From NCBI GenBank assembly GCA_043228905.1, contig JBHGNT010000009.1:868001-932000 (forward strand): a stretch of DNA of 64,000 nucleotides, written 5' to 3'. Made by a program: the position numbers and the translations under genes. The stretch comes from Azolla caroliniana. Its lineage: Eukaryota > Plantae > Polypodiophyta. Within the stretch, counting starts at the first letter, position 1; each line of letters opens with the position of its first letter. Of this stretch, positions 11,768 through 25,500 are shown in pieces. The notes under the pieces were generated by a model, which saw only the letters and a program-made list of their open reading frames with translations, was not told where the DNA came from and searched no databases.

Positions 11768-13389
11768 CCATAAGGCGTTTTCAATGTATCCAATATGAAT
11801 AGTTGAGATGTTTGAAATATATACTTAATAATGGTGGATGTCAACAATAAAAAACATAAATTTAGCAAATAATTTGTCGAATGAAATTTCATGTTCCCTT
11901 AATTGATTCATTATGAATCCATAAGTACTCAATGTCAATACCAACCATCCTTTACTTCACATGTAAGAAAATACGTATAATATTAAGAGATAATTCATTA
12001 TATGATGAGAATTTGAGATGACAAAGTAATAATTGTTGGACAAAACACAAGAAAAACGCTTGGGGACACATAAAATAAACGCTTAGAGTGCTCAAGGTTG
12101 GTGTTAGAACCAAGCACTAGCCCTAGGGATCAACAAAATCAATTTGTATGATGATGAGGCAGATCTTGTTCTTATTGGTAAAGATATTCAACTTGTAACT
12201 ATTATGCCATAAGTTTGATTCTTGCGCGATAACAATGCGAGCTATTTTTTTAATTTTTTGCATGTAATTTATCTTGTCTTTGCGCCAAAAATACCTTTTC
12301 CAAATTTGGTCGGTCATGTTTCAATTTTCTTTTCAACCCCTTTAGTCATATAGCAAACTGATAGTCAACTTGGTAACATGATTCTCTCAAATGGCATTTA
12401 GGCCTCCCAAAGGTGTTGAAGACTGGTCTAAGAAAAATTCCCATAGGTTTTATGTATATGCTTTTAAAAGGCGTTCTTGCAAGCATTGGCCTAACCTCTC
12501 GCATATCACAAACCATAGCCACCTTTAAAACTTTAGGTATCTCTCCTAAAATATCTAAACCCTAAACTATCATTGTCTTCTCTTATGCAACCTTTGAATT
12601 GTTTACTATATGCACGTATCTAAACACTAAACCTAAACCCTAAATTGAACACAATAATCTCTTCTTCACTAAGTACTCATCTATAGACAAGCAACAAAAG
12701 CTATCATAAAACAAAACAGGACTTTGTATGATAACTTTGAAAACACCACTACTAATTGCCAAATCAAAAACACCAATACTAAGGGCATGTTGTTATTTCT
12801 CAATCGCTAGCATGGAGCTTCTCAATTTTACAGTTATTTTTTTTATTAGGCTAAGGAAATTGCATGGTTTAATTATTGCTCCTAGATTTTGTTCCCTTAG
12901 TTCTATGCATTCCTATGGGCCACGAGAAACAATATGCCTCAAATATTTCATTTACGTTTAAGATACTCTGATGAAGAGTAAACCATTAATGCCAAGCACT
13001 TTGACTATTGAAGTTATCTCAATTTCTTGGTCATTGTTTCACATCTTTCTCACTTTTGCTTGCCTGAAACCCATGGAAAGGATCTAGTGTCCCCTTATGT
13101 TATGTGCATAACCTTGTAGACCAAATTCTACAACCATTTTTGAATGATTTGTGAACCATCTTTATGATCATCTAGGTAAATAAGGATTGTGATGACTTTC
13201 TTGGCCCAAAAATCTCATTTTAGAGCGAAAAGTTGTCCAAATTTTCACAGAAGGGCATTTCAGATCCAAAATTTGCAACAAAAAGTAGATTTTTTTTTAC
13301 GAAGCTGATGGTTTTTTTTATGATTTCGTTTTTCCCTTTCACACTCCTTATCTTTCCAAACACATAAATACATTCTCATACATGATACA

Positions 13390-13600
13390 TGTTGAGAATC
13401 AAACTCAACTTCACCAATGAAATGGCTTTCACACTAGCAGTGGATACACTAGGCTAGTTTTGTAAATAGCAAAAAGGGCAGTTGCCCTAGGTTAGTTGGT
13501 ATTTAAACCAACAGTTTGTAACTTAGTTAGTTGGATGTAATACATTTTTTGTCTAATATAGCTTCTTGTTCTCTATCTCTAAGTTCTCTCTCTCTTTTGG

Positions 13601-13635
<35 letters not shown>

Positions 13636-15527
13636 TCCTTCCGCTACACAAGATCACCTACACTCACGCTTCTTTACATGGTATCAGAGCATGTGGTTGT
13701 CTGATCAAACTTGCTCAATTGTGGTGTACGACAAACCGATGATCAATAGAACTGGTTCAACAACAGAGAAGAAAACTACACATTGAATACTCAGATGGGA
13801 CCCACTCTACCCATCGAGAAACTTGATAGAACAAATTATATGTATATATATATTCGATCATTCGGTCGACTCTAGTTCGGCCAAATCCATTCCGCTGTCT
13901 CTTATTCGACCGACTCTGGTTCGACTGACTCTATTCGGCTGACTCCATTAAGCCTCTTAGCTGATTTCGGCCAACCAACTCTCGTTTGGCCTCTTGACCG
14001 ATTTCGGCTTTTCGGCCGTCTCCCCCATCAGGAGGGAAAATCTTCCATAGCAATTTTGCATCTTCGGAATACAAGATGCACCAATACCTTGTCGGCCAAG
14101 GTTATTGGAGCTACATCAAAGGAGCTCATGAAAACCAACCCAACCCAACACATGCCGATTACCCAGCATGGGAGCAAGCGACCGACTGTGTGTTGTACTA
14201 TCTAGCATCATGCGTTCATGATCACATACTTGGTTATATTCAAGAGACAAAAATGCCAAAATAAGCTTAGGCCAATCTCAAGAAGTTTTTTGCGGCCAAT
14301 ACGGCTGCACACAAACTTCAACTTTGACAGTCGTTGAACAATATACAACAAGGAGTTATACCTTGAAGATCAAGGAGCTATGCGATGCCCTCAGATCGAT
14401 TAATGTCATCATCGTTGATGATGAAATGGTGCAAATATGCCTTGGCGGCATAACACCATGATTTGGCACGATCAGATCGGCTATTCTTGCAAGGGAGAAT
14501 CCTCCTTCCTTTTTCAACCTTCAGTTGATCCTGTTGGTCGAAGAAAATCACGTCCAAAAAAGGAGTAATGTGCCCGATGCTCCGATGCTCTACTCCCAAT
14601 CGAATGAGGGAAGAGGATTCAGCCAAGGAAACAGAGGCTGATTCGGCCGAGGCTAACAAGGTCAGCCTACTCGAGAACACAATTCCCACCATTGGCACGA
14701 GGCCAGGAACACCCCTAGGGAGTTCACCAAAAGGGGGAGGGAGCCATCCTGCCTGATCAAGCCACCAAAACAACCCGATCGAATGCGGGTACTGTGGAAA
14801 ACTCGGCCACTACGACGAGGAGTGCCGAAAGAAGAAATGAGAATCGGCTTCAACCAACCGAAAACTCATAAACTATGCCACGAATTTCGATTATGATGAC
14901 CATGGCAGAATGTTCGTAGTCCAATCACATGACGTTTCACGAAGATTGGTTCTGAGAGTTGAGGAAGCCCAATCGACTCGACTATGTCGAAATTGGGGAT
15001 GACACAACTCATCCCATTCGGCATGTCGGAAATGTCCCATTCGAGAATGATGGCAAATAAACCTACCTCAAGAACGTTTTGCATGTCCCAACCATCACGA
15101 AAAATCTGGTCTCAGGCGGCCAGCTAGTAGAACAAGGCATGCAAATGTGATTCAACAATGAAGGGTGCTTCATTGAAAAAGATGGTCGATGAGAAAGCTG
15201 AATGTTCATCCTTGAGTCGAATGAGGTGAAGTCGGGTCTTGTTTGCAAAAGGCTTCAAAGTTGAAACTGACTTGAAACTGTGGCACAAGAGAATCGGCCA
15301 CATCAATCTCCAGAAGCTAGATCAAAGCATGCAATAGAAAGGGGTTGTCATCGGACTCTCGAATACTATAGGAAGAGAGAGCACTGACATATGTGAGGTG
15401 TGCTAGTTCGACAAACAACACCGACTTCCATTCTCGACAGACAGGAATGTAAGCAAAGGATTCTTGGACGTAGTCCACTCTGATGTTTGGGGACCGGCAC
15501 AAACAAACACATTTGGCGGATGCCGAT
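13390..15527 (+). mobile_element. Ty1/copia copy 1: 5' LTR (13390-13678), PBS, decayed gag-protease-integrase start, cut by copy 2
   Basis: LTR TGTTGAGAATC...CTTTACA, PBS TGGTATCAGAGC (13679-13690, tRNA-iMet type). Gag MHQYLVGQGYW, CCHC knuckle, GAG-pre-integrase LWHKRIGH and integrase start VHSDVWGPAQ are present, with many stops and frameshifts. Confidence 0.9.
13841..14052. mobile_element. ~210-bp insertion with TTCGGCCGACTC-like subrepeats inside the gag of copia copy 1 (possible partial LTR of another family)
   Basis: Absent at the homologous position of copy 2 (acaaactttgcatct). Bounded by TG...CA, with AATT on both flanks. Confidence 0.55.
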
Positions 15528-17876
15528 TGTTGAGAATCAAATTCAACTTCCTCAAAATAGCCTTCACACTAGCCAATGGACATACTAGGCTAGTTTTATA
15601 AATAGTGGAAAGGATAGTTGCATTAGACTAGTTGGTATTTAAACCAACCTTATGTAACTTAGTTATTGTTGGATGTAATTTATTTCTTTCCACTAATATA
15701 GCTTATTGTTCTAAGCTCTCTCTCGCTCTCTCTCTCTCTCTGAGTGTCTTATGTGTACACACAGTTCACTTCCGTTGCACAACATCAACTACACTCACAA
15801 TTCTTTACATGGTATCAGACCTTGTGGTTTTCTGATTGAGCTTAATTGATTGTGCTGTGATACACACCGACGATCAACAGAACCGGTTCAACAACAGAGA
15901 AGAAATCGACATCATGAATACTCAGATGGGAAGCGCTCTTCCTATGGAGAAGCTCCATATGACAAACTTTGCATCTTGGGAATACAAGATGCATCAATAC
16001 CTTGTCAGACAAGGTTATTAGAGCTATATTGAGGGAGCTCATGAAATGCAACCCAACCCAACACATGCCGATCATTAGCTATGCCTTGAAGATCAAGGAA
16101 CTGTGTGATGCCCTCATCTCGATCAATGTCATTATCAACGATGATGAAATGGTGCAAATATGCCTCGGTGGCTTAACACCTCGATTCGGCACGATTATAT
16201 CGGCCATTCTCGGAAGGGAGAACCCTCCTTCCTTTTTCGACCTTCAATCAATACTATTGGTTGAAGAAAATCATGCCCAACAAAGGAGCAATGCATTCGA
16301 TGGTCAGATGCTCTACTCCCAGTCCGATGATGGAAGAGGATTTGGTCGAGGAACAGAGGCCAATTCAGCTGAGGGCGACAGGGTTGGCCAACCTGAGAAC
16401 GTCACTCCAACCAATGGCAAGACGATAGGAACAATACTAGGGAGTTCGGCATAAAGGGGGACCCATCCTACCAAACCGAGCCATTGCAACAACCTGATCG
16501 AATGTGGATACTATGGGAAACTTGGCCACCATGAAGTGGAGTGCCGAAAGAAGCAACGAGAGTCGGCTTCGATCAGTCGACAACTCACGAATTATGCCAC
16601 GAATTCCGACCATGATGATCATGGAGGGATAGAGTTCGTAATGAGGCATAAAGCACATTCAATGTCGGCATAGGGTCCGACAAGCACCTCTTCCTCAAAC
16701 GATGTATGGTTTGTCAACTCAGAAGCTTCCAATCACATGACATCTCATGAAGATTGGTTCCGAGGGTTGAGAAAACCCAATCGACCCGGTTATGTCGAAA
16801 CCGGAGATGACACAACTCACTCGATTCGGCATATTGGAAATGTCCCATTCAGGAATGACGACAAACAAACCTACCTCAAGAACGTCGGCCATCATGAAAA
16901 ACCTGGTCTCGGTCGGGCAGATTGTCGAACAAGGTATGCAAATATGATTCAATAATGATAGGTGCTTCATTGAAAAAGATGATCGTCTCATAGTTTGCGG
17001 TCGAAGAGAAGGCTGAATGTTTATCCTTGAATCAAACGAGGTGAAATCGGCCATGTTTGCAAAAGGCCTCAAAGTCAAAACTGACTTGAATCTGTGGCAC
17101 AAGCGAATTGACCAAATCAATTTCCAAAAGCTTAAAGGAATGTAGTTAAAAGGAGTCGTAATCGGACTCCCAACATTTAGTGAAAAGGAGATAGTAGGTG
17201 TGTGTGAAGCCAATCAATTCGACAAACAACACCAACAACCATTCCCAAAAGAGAGGAACGTGAGCAAAGGAATATTGAATGTAGTACACTCATATGTGTG
17301 GGGACCAGCCCAGACGACAACATTCGGTGATTGCCAATATTATGTCACGTTCATCGACCACTTCTCGAGGCATACCTGGATCTATCCTATGCGGCAGAAG
17401 AGTGAAGTGTTCAGACACTTCCAAAGGTTTCAAAACAACATCGAAAAAGCCACAAGTTGGCATGTCCGATGCCTTCGATCGGATGGAGGCAAGGAATATT
17501 TCTTGGATGAATTTACAGCTTATCTCCGAAAGGAAGGATTTTGACAGGAATTCTCGTGCTGACACACACCTCAGCAAAACGGAGTAGCCGAACGAAAGAA
17601 TCGGCACATAGTAGAGCTGGCAAGGGCCATGATGAACGAGAAAAACTTGCTGAATTCGTACTGGGTAGAAGCGGCTAACACAATCGTCTATCTCATGAAC
17701 AAATTTACAACCTCTGGGGTACACAATGTAAACACTCACGAGAAGTTTTTCGGAAAGAAGACAGATCTATCACATATACGAATATTCGGTTCGATCGCAT
17801 ATGTACACATTCCTGACGAGAAGTGACAAAAGCTTGATCCGAAGTCTGAGAAATGTATCCTCGTAGGGTACTCACT
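15528..17876 (+). mobile_element. Ty1/copia copy 2: 5' LTR (15528-15809), PBS, gag (internally deleted), protease, integrase, cut by copy 3
   Basis: Same LTR family as copy 1, PBS TGGTATCAGA at 15810. Protease WFVNSEASNHMT, and integrase YYVTFIDHFSRHTW, LRSDGGKEY, TPQQNGVAERKNR through KCILVGYS. Confidence 0.9.
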
Positions 17877-19940
17877 TTGAGAATCGAACTCAATTTCCTC
17901 AAAATAACCTTCATACTAGCCAATGGACATACTAGGTTAGTTTTGTAAATAGTAGAAAGGGCAATTGCCTTAGACTAGTTAGTATTTAAACCAACCTTCT
18001 GTAACTTAGTTACTGTTGTATGTAATTTATTTCTTTTCACTAATATAACTTCTTGTTCTAAGCTTTCTCTCTCTCTCTGAGTGTCTTACGTGTACACACG
18101 TGACACAACTCACTTCCGCTACACAACATCACCTACCCTGACGATTCTTTACATGGTATAAGAGCGTGTGGTTTTCTAATCGAGCTTAATCGACACACTC
18201 ACTCTATAGTGAGCTCTTAGGCCTCGATACTCCCATGATCTCGACTAATGGAACAAGCAAAGCTATTATTGCTACAAACGAGAAAATCCGTCGCTCCACC
18301 CAAGACAGAAACCTGGTCAACTGATTCGGCTACGACGATTATATGGCATATCACTATGCCTTCATGATCAAGGTGGCGATAGTTTGAGAACTGGAAACCT
18401 TTTCTGAGGCAACCAAGGATCCACGATGGATCGATGCCATGAACGAGGAGATGTAGGCGCCATGGAAGAACGAGACATGGGATGTTGTCCCCCATTCACC
18501 ACACAAGAAAGCGATCGATTGTAGGTGGATATGTAAAATAAAATATAATGTCAGAAGCTCAGTGAATCGCTTTGAGGCAGGACTCGTAGCTAAGGGATAT
18601 ACTCAAATGCACAGAGTCGACTATGAGGAGACCTTTGCCCCAGTGGCAAAGATGATGACTGTTCGGACAATCATTGCGGTCGCAGCTGCTAAAGGGTGGC
18701 AACTCCATCAAATGGATGTAAAGAACGCCTTCCTACATTGCGAATTAGAAGAGGAGGTCTTCATGATTCAACCACCTGGTTTCGAATCGACCAAGCATCC
18801 GACCGCAGTTTGCCAACTAAAGAAGCCATTGTATTGACTCAAGCAAGCACCAATGCTTGGCACTCGAAGATCACTCAGTATCTTCACCAAATTGGCTTCC
18901 AAATGTCGAAATTGGATAACTCCCTCTACATTAGAACTTAGAAGCGAGTCGGACAACCCAATAGTCATCATCATGTATGTGGATGATATTGTCATTGGAA
19001 GAAAGAATCTACCAGACATTAGTAAGGTCAAATCAGTCCTATCCGGCTGATTCAAAATGAAAGATATGCACGAGCTCCATTACTTCCTCGGTATATAAGT
19101 AATTACGACACCAGTCAAGATTCTAATCTCTCGGCGACACTACGTCCTCAACTTGCTCTACAAGTTTGGGATGACTGAGTGCAAAACTGTGGCAACCCCT
19201 CTCGATTCAAACCTCAAGCTCGATGTTGACTCAGGAATAGAAGAGTGTGAGCCGACTCAGTATCGTCAGTTAATCAGTAGCTTAATCTATCTAACCATCA
19301 CACGAGCCGACCTCAATTATTCAGTCGGCCTACTTAGCCAATTCATGCAGAACCCTCGAAATGTTCATCTCGATTGCACTAAGAGAGTACTTAGGTACAT
19401 CAGTGGCATGATGGATTACGACATTCTCTATAAGTCGGACACACTCGTTCGACTCGAGTACACAAATGCAAACTAGGCCAGCTATAAGGCCGAAAGACGA
19501 TAGACCTGAGGGTTCTTCTTCTCCATTGGCAACCGAGCAATCTCCTGCAATAGCAAAAAGCATCCGACAATCGCATTGTCGAGCATAGAGGCCGAATACA
19601 GGGGCGTTGCTATCACTACATGTGAAGCCGTTTCGCTAAAAAGGATATTCAAGGATCTGGGCATTCCCATCAAGGATCTGATTCTCCTTTACTACAACAA
19701 AATGAGCGATATTCATCTGGCTTGGAATACGGTGTTCCACACGCGCACAAAGCATATCGAAGACGTGCACTATCACTTAATTCGAGAGTGTGTGCGGGTT
19801 AGAGATGTCAACCTGCAACACATTAGCACGAATCTTCAATGCCAACATCTTCACGAAAGCCTTAGGAGTCGACAAGCTTAGGAAATTTACATCAGACATA
19901 GGTCTAACGATATTTACATTGTTAAGCATCAGGGGGAGTA
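17877..19940 (+). mobile_element. Ty1/copia copy 3: LTR (~17877-18153), PBS, short leader, then RT-RNaseH; no 3' LTR
   Basis: PBS TGGTATAAGAGC at 18154-18165. RT LVAKGYTQ..DYEETFAPV, HQMDVKNAFL, MYVDDIVI; RNaseH SSIEAEY, HTRTKHIE; PPT-like AGGGGGAG at 19931-19938. Confidence 0.88.
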
Positions 19941-20369
19941 CAACGCAGCAGCTGATCAGTTGATCAATGGACACAAGCCGACCAAGGGGAGTCGAAGACA
20001 AGCTACACAAATCGAACAAGGAGTCGAATCAATCGAAGTCGACCGACCATCTGGCCATAGAGCCGAGAAATCTAGAAAGCCGAAACACGAGATGGACAAT
20101 CGGGCCTGTTGTCACCACGAGCCCGTCTACCATTGCTTGTTGCATCGGACCTGGTGTCACCACGTGGATCAATGTGAACGATATCAACAGGTGGGATGAA
20201 AAGGTTGGACGACAAGCTAGGCACACCAATAGCCACCTCATCGATGACCCACTCCTGCTCAAGCCGTGTCTTGGTATGACTCATCGCAACCTCGTCAAAC
20301 CGAAATAGGGTAGCTACTGTTGTGTATGGTTTTGGTCATGTGTATGGTTGTTGTTGCCGCAACCTCGAA

Positions 20370-20510
20370 CTCTGATGCCAACATCTTCACTCTTCCCATG
20401 GCATACAAATTTTTCACATTACCGAGCTTTGAAACACCTATTGCACAAATGTATTGTTGGATAATGTATTGTGCCGATGAGGGCGCCTAAGGGGAGGGGG
20501 ATCCGTAACA
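20370..20510 (-). mobile_element. Possible 5' LTR remnant plus PBS of an oppositely oriented LTR element
   Basis: The minus strand starts TGTTACGG at 20510, exactly where the neighbouring pseudogene exon 2 stops. TGGCATCAGAG (PBS-like) is at 20380-20370, but there is no canonical CA before it. Confidence 0.4.
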
Positions 20511-21043
20511 CCAAATCAATGTGTGGGGCTTTTCTTGGTAATCCAACCAATCTAAGTGTACAAAAGGATCTTAATAAGCATGAAATGGGTGCCAATTGAA
20601 ATGAAATTAATGTCAATTTAAAATGCATGAGGGAAGTCCATTAAACATGCATACATGATATCATGGTTATAATTGATAATTGAGTCCATTGAATGTATGT
20701 AAATGAAGATAATGGGTTCCTTACCATGGAAGGCATAGATCAGATCGGTCGGGAGTTGTGCCTTGGATCGATAATATCCCTCTCGAGCTTATTGATAAGC
20801 CTCTCAGAGAAGTTGATTAGTAGGTCCAAGCAATTGCCCCAATCTCAGCCATCCCCACCCTTGACCTCTTCTCATAACACCCACATTCTCAAATCTCTGT
20901 GGGGTTGGACCTTCCATTAAAGAGCTTAGAAGATTACTTAATCCACAATATCTTTGCATGATCTTAAACTCTTCTTCTGCTTTCCCTTCTTCTTCTAATC
21001 CAATTGCTTGCTTCTTCTTCAAGATCATCATTCGAGAAGCCAT
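20511..21043 (-). pseudogene. Truncated two-exon pseudogene of an unidentified protein
   Basis: Exon 1 21043-20725 (phase 1, donor G|GTAAGG) and exon 2 20551-20511 (acceptor TAG|) join in frame. In-frame stops TGA (20806-20804) and TAA (20791-20789) are each one C>T from CGA/CAA. Restored peptide: ...GWLRLGQLLGPTNQLL(R)EAYQ(Q)AREGYYRSKAQLPTDLIYAFHDWLDYQEKPHTLIW. Confidence 0.55.
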
Positions 21044-21648
21044 GGGTTGCTGAGATTGGTATCAACATAGTTAAGCATACCCAAAAAGGTAGTTTTTTCT
21101 TGGCTAATAGCAAAGAAGCGAGAATCCTTTTATGATAAGAAGGCTTGTTGATAGAGAGAGGCCCATTGAAGCTTTGGCCTTCAAGTAAAAGCTATTCCTC
21201 CTACTGAATTGTTTTTGCTTGAAAGGAAATATATGTATGTGAATGTGCATAAATCAAGAAATCTTCAGTTAGCTCTATTCTTTCTTGTCTACATGAAAGA
21301 TAAAAAAATACCATGTCTCCTTCTCACCAGGACAGAGCAAGGGGGAAAAAGCGAAGATTAAAAAGCAGGGATAGGGGAGCAGAGTGTATGTATATATATA
21401 TATATATATATAAGTTTATAACATACACACACACACAATATATATGGCTTGTAGATTTGAGTGTATAATTACTTTATAAAATGTATTTCTTTGGACATAG
21501 GGGTAGTTTGGTAAATTTGGAACTTCAAATAGAGGAACTTCCAACGGTATCTTGGTACTTTTCCCTTAAAAGTATTATATTCACTAAAAAAAATAATTAA
21601 TTCACTAATAATTAATTAATTCAGTTAATTATTTAATTTGATTCATTA

Positions 21649-22560
21649 GTGACCCCGTCACTCATGTATGCATCAGTAGTATGGGCTCCAAGTCTACCGT
21701 CCTTCATGTGAACACAATTAGAGAGACCTTTAGTGATGATGTTATCACATCAACTCCGAAGCAAATCGACAGTACCACATGACATTATTAGAGCAGAGTT
21801 CAGTTAGCCCCCAATGTTAGTAGAAGCACTCTTCCAATTGGTAGTTTTTATTCATAGGATACATAGCCAACCATAAGATAGGATACCCCGTCAAGGTTTT
21901 GAGGCATCACGATCCCTATATGAGTCCGGAGATAGTAGCTCTTGGTATAACATTGTAGTGAGTTGGTTACTTGCAAATAACATAGACATTAATAACTTAC
22001 CTCCCCTTAAGTACAACCATAAGACTGATTAAACTTTAATCTCTCATGAGGACCGCAATAAAGTAATACGCCAAGAAATATGGCAAATTTATACACGATA
22101 TAAATAGATCACCCCACGAGAGCCACTCCCATCTAAAATGTTGTACTATAAGGAACACTTCATGCACTTCTCTAAGCTAGGTTTTATTACATGACCAAAA
22201 TATCTAGATACATTCTTGACAAATGCACTAAGGGTAGCCATTGGACAACTTAGGATATCATCTCACCAACTTGAGATTGAGAATGGTCATACTAATGGAG
22301 TCCCTAGAGAGGAAAGGCTATGTACGTTATGTCACATAGAGATAGAGGATGAGTACCACTTTACATGCCAGTGTCCAACTTATGCTGAGATAAAGGTGAA
22401 ATATCAAGACATACTAGGACCCTCTCCCACCCTCTCCAAACTATTAGATACCCCGGATATAAAGAGACTAGGTAGGTATATCTTAGAGCTAAAACAACAT
22501 AGGGTGGAAAACTACAAAATGTTAACCATAATCATTTTAATATTCACCAACATGTAACTA
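21649..22560 (+). mobile_element. 3' fragment of a non-L1-type LINE ORF2 (RTEX/CR1-group-like C-terminus)
   Basis: VTPSLMYASVVWAP (post-RT region) followed, with stops, by LRISSHQLEIENG..PREERLCTLC..EDEYHFTCQCPTY, the C-terminal Cys/His motif typical of RTEX/CR1/L2-group elements. Confidence 0.7.
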
Positions 22561-25500
22561 ATACAATTTTTCAGGAACAAGGGGAGACAATGAATGTGGA
22601 CACGCCTACACCACTCGGCCTCTCTCTTGAGGAAGCGGAAATGCAAAGAAAAACCAAATGCCCCCGGATGTCGGGCTTCAAAGCAACTCGACGTGGAGTA
22701 GAAGCATTTAAGAAGATAAGGGAATGTGAGTTGCATCGCCTAGCAGCTATGGATGCAATATCATTTACATTGGGACCACGGGCCACCTCCACATCGAAAC
22801 CCTTTGACCTCCCGCTTCTTTTCGAGAGACTTGGATGGAAATGAAACTAGGCCTAGTATAAAGTCATTTCCTTGTAGAGCATGTGTTTTTTGCTAGAACT
22901 CTTTAGCTTACATTCTTTTTTCTTATTTTCGATGAATGGGTAAATACCCCATTTTTATTGTAAACCAATTGTCTCATGGACCAATTTTGGTCCTAGAAGA
23001 CGTTAATATTTCATTATTTCTTGAGTTTGCAAGCCGAGAGCAAGATGTAGGAGTTGGGCAGAAGATGCAAGCCGAGAAGAGGCAATATGGTCGAAATTAG
23101 GTTTTCGACAATATCATTAAATTGTATAATTGATGAATGTGTCATACACAACTAAAGATCAGCACAATTGGCAACATTGCATCCAACTATACTAAGGTGC
23201 ATCTTTATTTTAACAAAAAAAAACATTGCATCCAACTATACAAGTAGGAATGTCATTTGGTGGTATTATTTTTCAATCATGTGTAACATTTACCTCCATC
23301 ATTTTTTATGTGAAAAACATAAATTTCCAATCCCTCTTAATCTAGCATGCCACTCCCTCCTAGTTCTCTCCATCGCATTACATTAATGATCAAACATGTA
23401 CCATGAACTTTAGGATACATCCCTTCTTTTTGTTTTTGCTTATGTTGGAAATGTCTTACTCTAGAATAGTGGAAAGGTAGAGTTGTTATTCGTTTTGAAA
23501 CATAATTCATTAGTGGCCATATAATTTACAAACATGTTAACCTTTTCAAGATATCCATACAAAGGCACATACTTGTGTGCTTATATTCTATTATGATTCG
23601 TCTAGACAAGTAACATGCATGACACCATGAGGCTCAAAATAATTTTTGGTTGACATGAGAATAATGTACTCTTTCCATTCTTTTTAAAGGATCACATGAT
23701 CAAAGTCATAATCAAGTTTTTGTTTGTCATGTTCACTTCATCTTTAATCATATGCAATGTGAATAGTTGTTCCATTTTAGGATCACGATTTCTATTTGAG
23801 AACTAAAAAACCAACCATATTTTATTGCCAAAATATATCGTTTTATTAATCATTTGGAATCGACAAGTTAGAGCCTATGTAATCACTACAAATTTCAAAG
23901 GCCCATAGCTTGCACATGCATTTCAATTGACAAAGGTAACATAAGTGTTTGACATACATGGCAAAACTACAATGTAAGCTTCTAGTTATGATACCAACTT
24001 GGACCACATTTAACAAATTAAGGACAAATTGTTTTGTGAAGATGACATGTGACACAATAACATGTTATCAAAAAGTGACTATATCATGGCAAACATTGAA
24101 CTCTAGAAAGTTTGCTTAAACACAGTCTTCAACAACACAACAAACAAATGTGCATTGCCAACGAGAACTCTGTGTGTCTATCTAGAGAAAAGATTCAAGG
24201 GTATATGCCATAGTAATAAGTTTTCTTACATATCCATAGCTCATTCATCTTCATATGCTCATTAACTAATTTTATTTGGCATCTTTATGGTCAAGATGTT
24301 ACTCTTGTGCAGATGCTTAGTTTCTCAATTGTATTATTTATAAGATAGACTATGGTGGTGATACAAATGAACAATGAATGAGTAGTTTGATAGATTTACA
24401 CAACACACTAGAGTCATAACTTAATTCTCACACCAATGGAGGTGGAAAGAAGTAGTGTAAACATGTGGTTTATTGCATGGAAATATATAATTATGGAAAA
24501 CTATGTGGTTAAAACCCATATGCATGTCTCTTGATGGAGAAAATGCAGATTGTATCGTAAATGGTCAAATAAACATGGATTAATACATGTATTTCTTTAC
24601 TTTCCAAACAAGATGTTACATACTAGAGATCACAAAAATTGAATGCATATGTGTGACTTTGTAGTGGTAAAGATTATACTTTCTAATGTTAGGTTATCTC
24701 TAGAACATCAACATTTATATACTAACCACAAGCCCAAGGTTTAAAAAGGATAAACCCAATTATCTAAAAACAAAATGATGTTTCCCTTTGGACATACCTA
24801 AAATTCTTAGTTGTGATCCTAAAATGATTTGATGGGAATAGTACAAACTACAATGTGCTAAACTATATTATTGAGGTGACAAATGTGGTTTGGTTGCTGT
24901 TGGCTTCAAGTAGTGAGGTGCCTATAATTTGCTCAAAAGTTTGCATGTAAAATATCATTAAAACAGGAGATGGAAAAAAACTAGAAAAATTCTAGATGAT
25001 AAGGCTACATCAAGGGCCTCCAAAAGTAAATTGAAGCTTTGGGCGCAAATAAACAACTATAGAAAAAACATTCACCTAATGTATCATAAAATAAACTTCA
25101 AACACTCACCAAGTATATCTCAAAAATTGTTTATAGATATTTCAGTAGAACGTATGTGTCGTGCAATCTTAAGGTTGTGAATAACAATTGGTTTGAATTT
25201 GCAGTTGGTCGAAAATATGTCCTCTCATTTTTTTGTTTGGAATCACATACAAAACTACTTTATAAATTATATTACCATAGGATAGAGTATTGTTGTATTG
25301 CCATATAAAAGCAATAGAAAAAACAGGGAGTCAAATTATATTAGAACCTCTAATGATGATGTTAGTGTTTGTACAAAGTTTTTTAAAATGATTCACACTA
25401 ATAATTTGCCCCTAAACAATGGGCGTACAAATAATTTCACTTTGCACAACCTTGAGGTTGAAAACGATGACATATGCCTTAAAATAATACAACATGAAAG

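Noticed and set aside
12556-12645. Telomere-like AAACCCT motifs
   Set aside because: Only a few degenerate units; too short to call an interstitial telomere.
20700-20830. KLERDIIDPRHNSR reading suggested a Shaker K+ channel first exon
   Set aside because: It needs frameshifts and the next exon does not fit; another frame splices cleanly and is preferred.
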